A stretch of 32,000 nt of DNA, taken from contig NC_017080.1 of assembly GCF_000284115.1 (NCBI RefSeq), forward strand, positions 30,001-62,000, given 5' to 3'. Within the stretch, counting starts at the first letter, position 1, and each line of letters begins with the position of its first letter. Under the pieces are notes generated by a model. It did not search any database. It saw only the letters and a program-made list of their open reading frames with translations, and was not told the DNA's origin. This DNA is from Phycisphaera mikurensis NBRC 102666. Its GTDB lineage: Bacteria; Planctomycetota; Phycisphaerae; Phycisphaerales; Phycisphaeraceae. Positions 1 to 8,100 of the stretch are shown here, in pieces. The position numbers and the translations under genes are program-made.

Positions 1-454
1 GCGGAGGCCATGGGAAGCTTTCTCTTGGGGTGCGGACAGTCACGCGCCAGCGGGGCGAGCAGGCTCCTCATCGGAAGGAGGACGGGGCGGCTTCAGGGGT
101 CGAGCAGAGGAGCGGGGCGTCGCACGCCACCGCCCCTCTGCATCTGCACCCGTCGTGTTGTGCGCGTCGGGCAACTCTCGGTGCTGGGCGGACGCTCGCG
201 TTCCCTCCGGTCTTAGTCCCGCACGTCAATCCCGACCCCAGTGATGGACACGCTGATGAATGCAGAAACAGCCTGTGCGCCCTGCCGAGCGTGGCGGGCC
301 GCTTCAGCTGGGCTGCCCGCCTCCGCTTCTGGATCCACGGGGTGGATGAGCCACCTGTGCAGCCAACGGGCCGGGTGCAGCCCCTCCCGCGCAGCGTTGC
401 GCTGCCGCGTGATGCTCTTGTGCTCCTGCTCCTTCGCTCCCCGATCCAGATCCT

Positions 455-1516
455 TCAGCTGCTGTAGGTCGCGGCCTTCACGGCCTCGACGATCTTCTGG
501 GCGTTGGGGAGCATCTCCTGCTCCATCGCGCGGTTGTACGGCGCGGGGATGTCGTCGTTGTGGACGCGCTTCACGCTGTTGTCCAGGTCGTCGAAGCAGT
601 GCTCGTGGATCTGGGCGGCGACCTCGGCGCCGACGCTGGCGAAGGGCCAGCTCTGGTCGACGACGACGGCGTAGTTGGTCTTCTTCACGCTCCGGACGAT
701 CGTGTCGGTGTCCAGCGGGCGGTAGGTGCGGACGTTGATGACCTCGACGTCCAGGCCCTCCTTCTCCAGCGCCTCGGCGGCTTCGAGCGCGAAGTGGACC
801 GGCCGGCCGGCGGCGACGATGGTGCAGTCGGTGCCCTCCTTGATGACCTCGGCCTGGCCGAGCGGGATGACGAAGTCGTCGTCGTCCTCGGGCGGAGCCC
901 AGAGGCCGTCGTGCAGGTAGCGGGAGAAGTCCTTGTCGCCGCGGGCCCCCATGCCCAGCATCCGCTCGGACTCCAGGTTGAAGAAGGGATCGGGGTCCTG
1001 CAGGCCGGCCTTGAGCAGGCCTTTCGCGTCGCGGGGGGTGGCGGGCACGGCCAGCTTGAGGCCGGGCACCGAGCTGAACATGCTCTCAACCGACCAGCTG
1101 TGCGTGGAGCCCAGCTGCCCGCCGGCGCCGTTGTTGCCGCGGAAGACGATGTTGCAGCCGAACTGGCCGCCGCTCATGTAGAGCATCTTCGGCGCGTTGT
1201 TGATGATCTGGTCGGCGGAGACCAGGCAGAACGACCAGCTCATGAACTCGATGATGGGCTTGAGGCCGTACATCGCCGCCCCGATGCCCAGGCCCGAGAA
1301 ACCGGTCTCGGAGATCGGCGCGTCGACGATCCGGCGCGGGCCGAACTCGTCGAGCATGCCCTCGCTGACCTTGTACGCGCCGTTGTACTCGGCGACCTCC
1401 TCGCCCATGAGGAAGTGCCGGTCGTCCTTGCGCATCTCCTCCTCCATGGCTTCGCGGAGGGCGTGGCGGTACTGGATCTTGCGGTCGGTTCTCGTGTCGG
1501 CGGCCATGGTGTTCAA
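455..1516 (-). CDS. pdhB: Pyruvate/2-oxoacid dehydrogenase E1 component, beta subunit
   Basis: 353-aa ORF with transketolase-like pyrimidine-binding and C-terminal regions (FLMGEEVAEYNGAYKVSEGMLDEFGPRRIVDAPISE..., GSTHSWSVE). The ORF-track start at 1516 is TTG. An in-frame ATG at 1507 (MAADTRT...) is equally plausible. Confidence 0.93.
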   Translation of the reverse strand: MNTMAADTRTDRKIQYRHALREAMEEEMRKDDRHFLMGEEVAEYNGAYKVSEGMLDEFGPRRIVDAPISETGFSGLGIGAAMYGLKPIIEFMSWSFCLVSADQIINNAPKMLYMSGGQFGCNIVFRGNNGAGGQLGSTHSWSVESMFSSVPGLKLAVPATPRDAKGLLKAGLQDPDPFFNLESERMLGMGARGDKDFSRYLHDGLWAPPEDDDDFVIPLGQAEVIKEGTDCTIVAAGRPVHFALEAAEALEKEGLDVEVINVRTYRPLDTDTIVRSVKKTNYAVVVDQSWPFASVGAEVAAQIHEHCFDDLDNSVKRVHNDDIPAPYNRAMEQEMLPNAQKIVEAVKAATYSS

Positions 1517-1526
1517 AGTAGAGGAT

Positions 1527-1724
1527 TCAGCTTTCGCCCTCGGGGACGGGGATCTCCAAGGCCCTGCAGATGGAGCGGGCGGTGTTGTGTTGGATCTCCT
1601 TGTGCCGGGGGACCGCCTGCACCCGGCCGTTGAACAGGTTCACCCAGATCGTGTGGCTCCCGCCTTCAGGGTCGACGCGACAGCAGTGGCGGCGGAGGTG
1701 CTTCTCCAGCTTCCGCAGCTTCAA
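1527..1724 (-). CDS. hicA: HicA-family type II toxin (mRNA interferase)
   Basis: 65 aa. GSH motif and C-terminal VPRHKEIQHNTARSICRALEIP match the HicA/YcfA fold signature. The TTG start overlaps the hicB stop (TTGA). Confidence 0.8.
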   Translation of the reverse strand: MKLRKLEKHLRRHCCRVDPEGGSHTIWVNLFNGRVQAVPRHKEIQHNTARSICRALEIPVPEGES

Positions 1725-1963
1725 AGGCTGAGCTTCCGACAGACGGCGCCCTCTGGGAGGCGTTTCATTGCCTGCGCCCGCCGGTACGCAAAGAGTTCAA
1801 GCAACGACTCTTCGAGGTTGGCGATGGCCGTCGCTTCGGTCGGCCCCTCCCCATTGGCCTCGTAAAACTCGGCGCAGGCGGCGTGGAACCCCGTCTCCCC
1901 CTCGTCCGGCGGCGTGATGATGTACGTGATCTCCAGATTCGCGTGCTGGGTGGTAGCGGTCAT
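1721..1963 (-). CDS. hicB: HicB-like antitoxin (N-terminal HicB fold only, no obvious DNA-binding domain)
   Basis: 80 aa. The pattern ...YIITPPDEGETGFHAACAEFYEANGEGPTEATAIANLEESLLELF resembles the HicB_lk_antitox domain. It is directly coupled to hicA by a 4-nt overlap. Confidence 0.7.
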   Translation of the reverse strand: MTATTQHANLEITYIITPPDEGETGFHAACAEFYEANGEGPTEATAIANLEESLLELFAYRRAQAMKRLPEGAVCRKLSL

Positions 1964-1970
1964 GACGGAT

Positions 1971-2117
1971 TCAGAAGATTACGAGGTAGAGGAACACGGC
2001 CAGGAGCGGCCCGCCCATGCCGGCGATGCCGAAGATGATCAGGCCGACGAGCCAAAGGGGCGTGGGATCGTCGTCGTCGCCCATCGTCTCCGCCGGCTTT
2101 GGAGACGCGGGCGGCAT
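1971..2117 (-). CDS. Small single-pass membrane peptide (48 aa), hypothetical
   Basis: MPPASPKPAETMGDDDDPTPLWLVGLIIFGIAGMGGPLLAVFLYLVIF. The ATG is preceded by GGAGGAGGATTGAAC, a strong SD embedded in the pdhA stop region. Third-position GC is high. The stop lies 7 nt before the hicB ATG. A second Met gives a 37-aa alternative. Confidence 0.5.
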   Translation of the reverse strand: MPPASPKPAETMGDDDDPTPLWLVGLIIFGIAGMGGPLLAVFLYLVIF

Positions 2118-2119
2118 GT

Positions 2120-3337
2120 TCAATCCTCCTCCCGGGCCTCCGTCGCCGCGTCCGGTGCGGCGAAAGCGGGGTTGGGCTCGCCCTGCTTGTACGGGCCGTA
2201 GGGGTTGGCGTACACGTCCGTGAACAGCTCGCTCCGGGGCATCGGGTCGGCGGCCTCGGCGTGGGCGAGGGCCTGCTTCGCGGCGTCCTTGGCCTTGGCG
2301 TCGAGCTTGTCGATCGACTCCTGGTCGAGCAGGTCGTGCTCGATGAGGTGAGCGACGAGCCGGTTGATGCAGTCGACGTCCTGCTTCCCGCTGACCTCGT
2401 CCTTGCTGCGGTACTTCTGCGGGTCGCTCATCGAGTGGCCCTGGTACCGGTAGGTCTTCACGTTGATGAAGCACGGGCCCGGCGTGCGGCCGCCGACGTC
2501 GTACGTGGGGATTGACTCCCGCTTGCCGGTTTTCTCATTGTAGTTGATGGGTCGGGCGTTTCGGGTGCGCTTCACCTCGTCGCGGAAGGTCACGTAGGTG
2601 TCCAGCACGTCCTGGCCGTCGCACTCGGCGTAGCGCATGCCGTAGGCCTCGGCCCGCTGCCGCTGGTCGTGGGCCATGGCGGTCCCGCGGGCGATGTCGG
2701 TGCCCATGGAGTAGCCGTTGTTCTCCAGCACGAAGATCAGCGGCAGGTTGTAGACGCTCGCGAGGTTCATCGCCTCGTGCGTGGCGCCCTGGTTGAGCGC
2801 TCCGTCGCCCATGAAGCACAGAGCGACGTGGTCCTTCTTCGTGTACTGGATGCCCCAGCCCAGGCCGCAGCCCAGCGGGTTCTGCCCGCCGACGATGGCG
2901 TGGCCGCCGTACATGTCGTTGGGCTTGTCGAACATGTGCATCGACCCGCCCTTGCCCTTGGCGCAGCCGGTGGCCTTGCCGAACATCTCGGCCATGCAGG
3001 CGTCGGGGTGCATGCCCTTGGCCAGCGCGTGGCCGTGGTCGCGGTAGGCGGTGACCACCGGGTCGCCCTCCTTCAGGGCGGCGATGGCGCCCACGGCGGT
3101 GGCCTCCTGGCCGATGTAGATGTGGCAGAAGCCGCCGATCTTCGCCTGCTGGTAGGCCTGCATCGTCCGCTCCTCGAAGCGGCGGATGAGCATCATGTCG
3201 TAGAGCAGGCCGGAGAGCCGCTCGGGGGAGAGGCCATGGTCGGGGTCGGCCCCGCGTGCAACGCCGGGGGCGTCGTCGGAGGAGCCGCCCTCGGAAGGAG
3301 CGGCTGCGGCGGGGGCTTCGGCGGTGGCGCTGGTCAT
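2120..3337 (-). CDS. pdhA: Pyruvate dehydrogenase E1 component, alpha subunit (TPP-binding)
   Basis: 405 aa. FCHIYIGQEATAVGAIAALKEGDPVVTAYRDHGHALAKG and GDGALNQGATHEAMNLASVYNLPLIFVLENNGYSMGT form the TPP-binding motif. ATG start. Confidence 0.95.
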   Translation of the reverse strand: MTSATAEAPAAAAPSEGGSSDDAPGVARGADPDHGLSPERLSGLLYDMMLIRRFEERTMQAYQQAKIGGFCHIYIGQEATAVGAIAALKEGDPVVTAYRDHGHALAKGMHPDACMAEMFGKATGCAKGKGGSMHMFDKPNDMYGGHAIVGGQNPLGCGLGWGIQYTKKDHVALCFMGDGALNQGATHEAMNLASVYNLPLIFVLENNGYSMGTDIARGTAMAHDQRQRAEAYGMRYAECDGQDVLDTYVTFRDEVKRTRNARPINYNEKTGKRESIPTYDVGGRTPGPCFINVKTYRYQGHSMSDPQKYRSKDEVSGKQDVDCINRLVAHLIEHDLLDQESIDKLDAKAKDAAKQALAHAEAADPMPRSELFTDVYANPYGPYKQGEPNPAFAAPDAATEAREED

Positions 3338-3575
3338 GACGGGTTGAGCTTAGGGATGGGGGGCGGGTGGGCGCTCCCCGGGGCGTTTCGGTCGGGCGGG
3401 GCCGCGAGATGAGGCCCCCGGGAGCCGACCGTGCCGCGGATCCGCGGACCGTCGGCCCGGGGACGCCGAGGGGCCGGCGGTCCGCGGCGCGACGGAATGC
3501 GTCCCGCAGGAGCGGCGCAGGGGGCGGCGGGGAGCCTGGCAGAACCGGTTGAAGCCCGGTCTCGTCTGAACGATC

Positions 3576-4262
3576 ATGCGATCCGCTCTCCGACTCTTCG
3601 TGCCCCTCCTGCTCCTACCCTTGACCATGGCTGGAATCTCCTGCTCGACGTCACACGCCGCCCCGTCCGGCTTCCCCGCCCCGCCGGCCGAGCAGCCGGC
3701 GGGGGTGGAGGCGGTGAACGAGGAGGGCGAGGCCGTGGCGGTGCTCGCCGGGGGCTGCTTCTGGTGCACCGAGGCCGTCTTCGAGCGGCTGGCGGGCGTG
3801 AAGACGGTGGTCTCCGGCTACGCCGGTGGCACGGCCGAGGACGCGGACTACAAGAAGGTCTCCGGCGGGCTGACCGAGCACGCCGAGGCGATCAAGATCG
3901 TCTACGACCCGGCCCAGACGCGTTTCCTCGACCTGCTGGAGGTGTTCTTTGCGGTGGCCCACAACCCCACGCACGTGAACCGGCAGGGCAACGACCACGG
4001 TCCGCAGTACCGCTCGGCGGTCTTCTACGCCAACGACGCGCAGAAGGCGGCGGCGGAGGCGTACATCCAGGAAATCGACGCGAGCGGCGTCTACCCCGAC
4101 CCGGTGGCGACGAAGATGGAGCCGCTCAACCGCTTCTACGAGGCGGAGCCCTACCACCAGGACTACGCGGCGAACAACCCCGACAACCCGTACGTGCGGG
4201 GGGTGGGTCAGCCAAAGGTGGACAAGCTGGAGAAGAGCTTCCCCGAGCGCCTGAAGAAGTGA
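3576..4262 (+). CDS. msrA: Peptide-methionine (S)-S-oxide reductase MsrA with N-terminal signal peptide
   Basis: 228 aa. Catalytic GGCFWCTEAVF motif, and GPQYRSAVFY plus YHQDY motifs. The N-terminus MRSALRLFVPLLLLPLTMAGISCSTSHA looks like a secretion signal. Confidence 0.93.
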   Translation: MRSALRLFVPLLLLPLTMAGISCSTSHAAPSGFPAPPAEQPAGVEAVNEEGEAVAVLAGGCFWCTEAVFERLAGVKTVVSGYAGGTAEDADYKKVSGGLTEHAEAIKIVYDPAQTRFLDLLEVFFAVAHNPTHVNRQGNDHGPQYRSAVFYANDAQKAAAEAYIQEIDASGVYPDPVATKMEPLNRFYEAEPYHQDYAANNPDNPYVRGVGQPKVDKLEKSFPERLKK

Positions 4263-4269
4263 CCGCGCC

Positions 4270-4298
4270 CCCCGCCGCCGCTCCGACGGCGGGCGGGG
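4270..4298. terminator. GC-rich hairpin between convergent msrA and the 951-aa gene (putative bidirectional terminator)
   Basis: CCCCGCCGCCG-ctccga-CGGCGGGCGGGG forms an 11-bp stem with one bulge. There is no U-tract, which may be usual at this GC content. Confidence 0.4.
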
Positions 4299-7154
4299 TC
4301 AGCGGAGGGCGGCGGCGCGGATCGCGCGGAGGCGGGCGGCGGAGGCGGGACCGCCCAAGGCGGGGTCCTGGTCCTCGAGCTGCGCGACGGAGAGGCCGAC
4401 GCGGTCGACGCCTTCGCCCAGGGCGAGGTTGATCGAGAGCCGGCGGGCCCAGGCGTTCCAGAAGGCCGGCGGTCGCGTGCCGGCGAGGCCGCGGATCAAG
4501 CGGTCGTAGTACGGCGCGGCGCCGCGGGCGGCGGCGTCGGCCCCGGGCTCGTCGGTGAGCGTGAACGCGGTGCCGCCGGCGTCGCGGGTGCGGCGGACGC
4601 CCAGGGCGAAGCGGGCCTCGGCGGCGGCTTCGAGCACGCCGGCGTCGGCGGGGAAGGCGGCCTCCACGCCGGACTCCGCGAGGAAGGCGATGGCGCCGCC
4701 GGGGTCCCCCGAGCGGGTGAGGCCGTTGGCGTAAGCCAGCCGCCAGGGCAGCATGTCGGCTTCGGAGAGGCCGCGCCGGTTGGCGTCGGCCAGCAGCAGC
4801 GCCGCGAGCTGCACGGCGGAGGCGGAGACGCCGGCGGCCTCGTCCTCCAGCTCGGCGGCCCGGCTGGCGGAGGCGTCGCGGGCCCGCTCGGCCAGGGCGT
4901 CGGCCCGGGCCAGGAGGTCGGCGAGCACGCTCTTGACGACGCCGGCGGCGGCGGCGGGGTGGGCCTCCATCATCCCCGCGGCCTCGGCGGCGGCGGCGGC
5001 GGGCTCCCCGGCGGCGAGGAAGGCGGCGACGCGGAGCCCGGCGGCTTCGGCGAGCAGGCCGGGGACCGCGGCGGTGGCGGCGGGGTCGCCGCTGACCGAC
5101 GCGAGGCGGGCATCGAGGCCGTCGAGCCCGGCGGCGGCGGCGGAGGGGTTGCCGCGGGCGCTCTGGATGCGGGCGGCCGCGAGCGCGGCGCGGCCGACGC
5201 CGAGCACGGCGGCCGCGGGGTCGGCCCGGCCGCGGGCCCGGGCCTCGGCGGCGAGCCGCTCGGCGGTGGCCTCGGCGGCGTCGAGCAGCGTCCGCGCCGC
5301 TTCCCGCGAGGGCGCGGCGGCCGCGGCACGCTCCCGCGCGTCCAGGGACAGGCCGAGCGCGTCGAGCCGCTGCGGGTGGTCCGCGGGCACGAGCTCGTAC
5401 ACGGCCGCCGCTCCCGCATCGTCGCCGCGGAGGGTGTGGCCGGCGTAGGCCCAGTACAGCCGGTGGCGTTCGGCGGCGGGGGTCTCGGCGAAGCGGGAGA
5501 ACAGCAGCGACATCACCTCGGCGTAGCGGTCGGCGACCGGGCCATCGGGTCGGCTGGCCGAGGCCTGCGCCGAGGCGGCGAGGTCGGCGGCGCGGGCGAT
5601 CGCGGGCTCGGCCTCGGCGGACCGGGGGAAGTCGCGGGCGATCGCGAGCAGCGACGCGATCGACGCGTCGACGGCGGCGGGGTCGTCGGGCGAGGCCGCC
5701 GCGGTGGCGGCGGCGAGGTCGGCGGCGGCACCCAGGGCGGCGTCGCGCTCGACGCCTTCGGGCAGCGCGGCGGGGTCCCCCAGGCCGGACACCGCGGCGG
5801 ACGCGGCGGCGGCGGCCCGGGCGTGGTCGCCGGCGGCGAGGGCCTCGCGGGCGACGGCGGCGGCGACGCGGGGCGGCAGGCCGGCGGCTTCGACGCCGGC
5901 GCCAGCGGCGAGCGACGCCTGCCGCGAGCGGGCGAGCGCATCGAGCGCGGGCGGCAGGCCGTCGTAGGCGCCGGCCGCGGCGGCGGCGTCGCCCGCGGCG
6001 GCGGCGTGGCGGGCGGCGGCGTCGGCCACGAGCAGGGCCAGCATCGGGTCGCTGCTGCGGGTGGCGGCCGCGGCGGCGGCGGCCAGCGCCGCCTCCGCGG
6101 CCGCGCCGTCCTGGGTCGCGGCGAGCGCGAGCCTGGCGGTGACGGCGAGGCGGCCGGGCGGCAGCTCCGGCACGAGGTTGCGGAGCGTCGCGGCGGCGCC
6201 GGCAAGATCGCCCGAAGCGGCGTTGGCGCGGGCGAGCAGGAGCGAGGCGGCGGGGGCGAGCGGGCCGGGGTCGCCGTCGAGCAGGGCCCGGGCCGATCGC
6301 CGGGCGAGATCGAGCAGGCGCCGCCGCTCGGCGGCGGGATCGTCGAGGCGGCCGGCGAGCGGCACGGGCGGCGCGGCGTCGTGATACGGGTCGCCGGCGG
6401 GCAGCGTCGCCAGGCCGAGCGCGGCGGTGGCGACGCCAAGCGGCGCGCGCCGCTCGGCCACTCCCCGGAGCACGGCGTCGGCGAGCCCGGAGGCGCGGGC
6501 GTCGGCCTCGGCGGCGCGGTCGCGGCCGAGCGCGTTCCGCAGGCGGGCGGCGGCGGCGCCGGCCTCCTGCGCGGCGGCGAGCGCCTCGGCCAGGGCGGGG
6601 GCGACGGGGGCGGCTTCGCTCGGGGACGGCCGGCCGTACGCGACGGAGAGGTCGGCGTGGCGGAGCCGGCGTTCCAGCCGGCCGACGAGCAGCGCCTCGG
6701 CGAGGTCGGCGGCGAAGAGCGCCCGCTGGGGGTGGCCCGCCAGCGCCGGGTCGGTGGCGAGCTCGCGGAGCGCCGCGAGCCGGGCGTTCGATGCGGCCGC
6801 GGCCCGCGTGGCCGCGGCCCGCAGCGCGTCGGCGTCGCCCGCCGCGGCGGCGGCGCGGCCGGCGGCGTCGGCCGAGACCTCCGCCGCGTGGGCCCCGGCC
6901 GCCGCGAGCACCCGCGCGGTCGCGGGGTCGTCCAGCGGCGGGGCGTCGGCCGCCCAGCGCTCCAGGAGCGCCGGGAGCCCTCGCTGCCCGAGGTCCCGCA
7001 GCAGCCGGTGCTCGGTGAAGGCGTCGGTGGTGCCCGCGGCGGGCGCCGCCGACGCGCCCGGCGAGACGCCCGCTGCGATCAGGACGGTGGCGGCGTGGAG
7101 GAAGCGGTGGCGGAGCGCGTGGGGCATGGGCACGGGGTGTCGGCGTGGCGTCAC
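4299..7154 (-). CDS. Alanine-rich 951-aa exported or membrane-anchored protein, probably all-helical (TPR/solenoid- or TolA-like); last gene of the ExbBD-vWA operon
   Basis: Long ORF whose start overlaps the exbD stop (GTGA). N-terminus ...MPHALRHRFLHAATVLIAAGVSPGASAAPAAG is hydrophobic and contains His. Ala/Leu/Arg/Asp-rich throughout. The start is GTG at 7154 or ATG at 7127. Confidence 0.7.
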   Translation of the reverse strand: MTPRRHPVPMPHALRHRFLHAATVLIAAGVSPGASAAPAAGTTDAFTEHRLLRDLGQRGLPALLERWAADAPPLDDPATARVLAAAGAHAAEVSADAAGRAAAAAGDADALRAAATRAAAASNARLAALRELATDPALAGHPQRALFAADLAEALLVGRLERRLRHADLSVAYGRPSPSEAAPVAPALAEALAAAQEAGAAAARLRNALGRDRAAEADARASGLADAVLRGVAERRAPLGVATAALGLATLPAGDPYHDAAPPVPLAGRLDDPAAERRRLLDLARRSARALLDGDPGPLAPAASLLLARANAASGDLAGAAATLRNLVPELPPGRLAVTARLALAATQDGAAAEAALAAAAAAATRSSDPMLALLVADAAARHAAAAGDAAAAAGAYDGLPPALDALARSRQASLAAGAGVEAAGLPPRVAAAVAREALAAGDHARAAAAASAAVSGLGDPAALPEGVERDAALGAAADLAAATAAASPDDPAAVDASIASLLAIARDFPRSAEAEPAIARAADLAASAQASASRPDGPVADRYAEVMSLLFSRFAETPAAERHRLYWAYAGHTLRGDDAGAAAVYELVPADHPQRLDALGLSLDARERAAAAAPSREAARTLLDAAEATAERLAAEARARGRADPAAAVLGVGRAALAAARIQSARGNPSAAAAGLDGLDARLASVSGDPAATAAVPGLLAEAAGLRVAAFLAAGEPAAAAAEAAGMMEAHPAAAAGVVKSVLADLLARADALAERARDASASRAAELEDEAAGVSASAVQLAALLLADANRRGLSEADMLPWRLAYANGLTRSGDPGGAIAFLAESGVEAAFPADAGVLEAAAEARFALGVRRTRDAGGTAFTLTDEPGADAAARGAAPYYDRLIRGLAGTRPPAFWNAWARRLSINLALGEGVDRVGLSVAQLEDQDPALGGPASAARLRAIRAAALR

Positions 7155-7621
7155 TTCATCGCGACGCGGGTGTAGCCCGCGGCGACGGCGGCGTTGAAGG
7201 CGTCGACGGTGTGCTGCCAGCGCACCGCGGGGTCGGCCTCGATGAGGATCGGGTGGTCGCTCTCGTAGAGGGCGCTCGGGCTGCGGCCGGGCCCGCGGCG
7301 CTGCGCCGCCAGGTCGTCGCGCAGCTCGGCGACGCCGGCGTAACGCCGGCGGCCGCGGGTGATTACCGCGGCGGTGTCGTCGCCGGCCGGCACGGCGATC
7401 TCGATCACGACCTTCTGCACCGGCAGCTCGTCGAGCGGTGGCGGCTGGCCGGTGCCCCGCGGCAGCTGGGCCTCCAGCACGCCCTCGTCCACCTGGAAGT
7501 TCGCGGTGATGACGAAGTAGATGAGCAGCAGGAAGATCACGTCGATCATCGACGTGAGGTTCAGCTGGCCCACGCGGGCGGCGCCCCGGCCGCGGCGGGA
7601 TCTGGGGCGGGCGTCGCTCAC
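7151..7621 (-). CDS. exbD: Biopolymer transport protein ExbD/TolR family (copy 2)
   Basis: 156 aa. N-terminal TM LNLTSMIDVIFLLLIYFVI carries the conserved membrane Asp. The GTG start overlaps the upstream exbD stop (GTGA). Confidence 0.88.
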   Translation of the reverse strand: MSDARPRSRRGRGAARVGQLNLTSMIDVIFLLLIYFVITANFQVDEGVLEAQLPRGTGQPPPLDELPVQKVVIEIAVPAGDDTAAVITRGRRRYAGVAELRDDLAAQRRGPGRSPSALYESDHPILIEADPAVRWQHTVDAFNAAVAAGYTRVAMK

Positions 7622-8100
7622 CGGTCGGTCCCCGCGACGACGTCGATCTTGGCGACGCCCGCCGCCGTCACGGCCGCCATCACCGGGCGGACCTGGTCCT
7701 GGAAGAGCGCGGCGTCGGCGCGGAGCAGCACGCGGACGCCGGGGCGCCGCGCCACCGCTTCGCGGACGGCTGCGGTGATGCCGGCGGCGTCGCCGGGCTC
7801 GAAGCGGCCCAGCGCCCCCACCTGCACGAAGCTCGCGCGGCCGTCGTGGTTCAGCGGCTGCTGCGCGCGGCCGTCGCCGAAGGGCTGGGGCGCGATCGAG
7901 ACGATCAGCGTGTCGGCCTCGGGGGTCTCGCTGGTCTGCGGGTCCGAGGGCGTGGGCGGCAGCAGCGGCACCAGCTCGCTGGCGACGATGTTGTTCACGA
8001 GCATGAAGAACACGATGAGCAGGAAGGTGACGTCGATCAGCGGCGTCAGGTTCATCGTGGGCGTCACGCCCCGGCGTTTGGCGCTGCGGCGGGCGTCCAT
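7618..8100 (-). CDS. exbD: Biopolymer transport protein ExbD/TolR family (copy 1)
   Basis: 160 aa from the internal ATG (MDARRSAKRRGVTPTMNLTPLIDVTFLLIVFFML). The ATG shares one base with the exbB stop (TGATG). The longer ORF-track version (to 8382) overlaps exbB and was rejected. Confidence 0.88.
   Translation of the reverse strand: MDARRSAKRRGVTPTMNLTPLIDVTFLLIVFFMLVNNIVASELVPLLPPTPSDPQTSETPEADTLIVSIAPQPFGDGRAQQPLNHDGRASFVQVGALGRFEPGDAAGITAAVREAVARRPGVRVLLRADAALFQDQVRPVMAAVTAAGVAKIDVVAGTDR

Noticed and set aside
1-212. Plus-strand ORFs 10-216 and 30-467 at the window edge, and a possible structured RNA
   Set aside because: The translations are Arg/Gly/Ser-rich with no motif. I could not match the sequence to SRP, 6S, tmRNA or RNase P signatures by eye. 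The region is left unannotated.
4959-7175. 738-aa plus-strand ORF (and the nested ORFs 4753-5448 and 5513-6439) opposite the 951-aa gene
   Set aside because: The translations are Gly/Arg/Pro low-complexity sequence typical of the wrong frame in GC-rich DNA. The minus-strand frame is supported by translational coupling to exbD.
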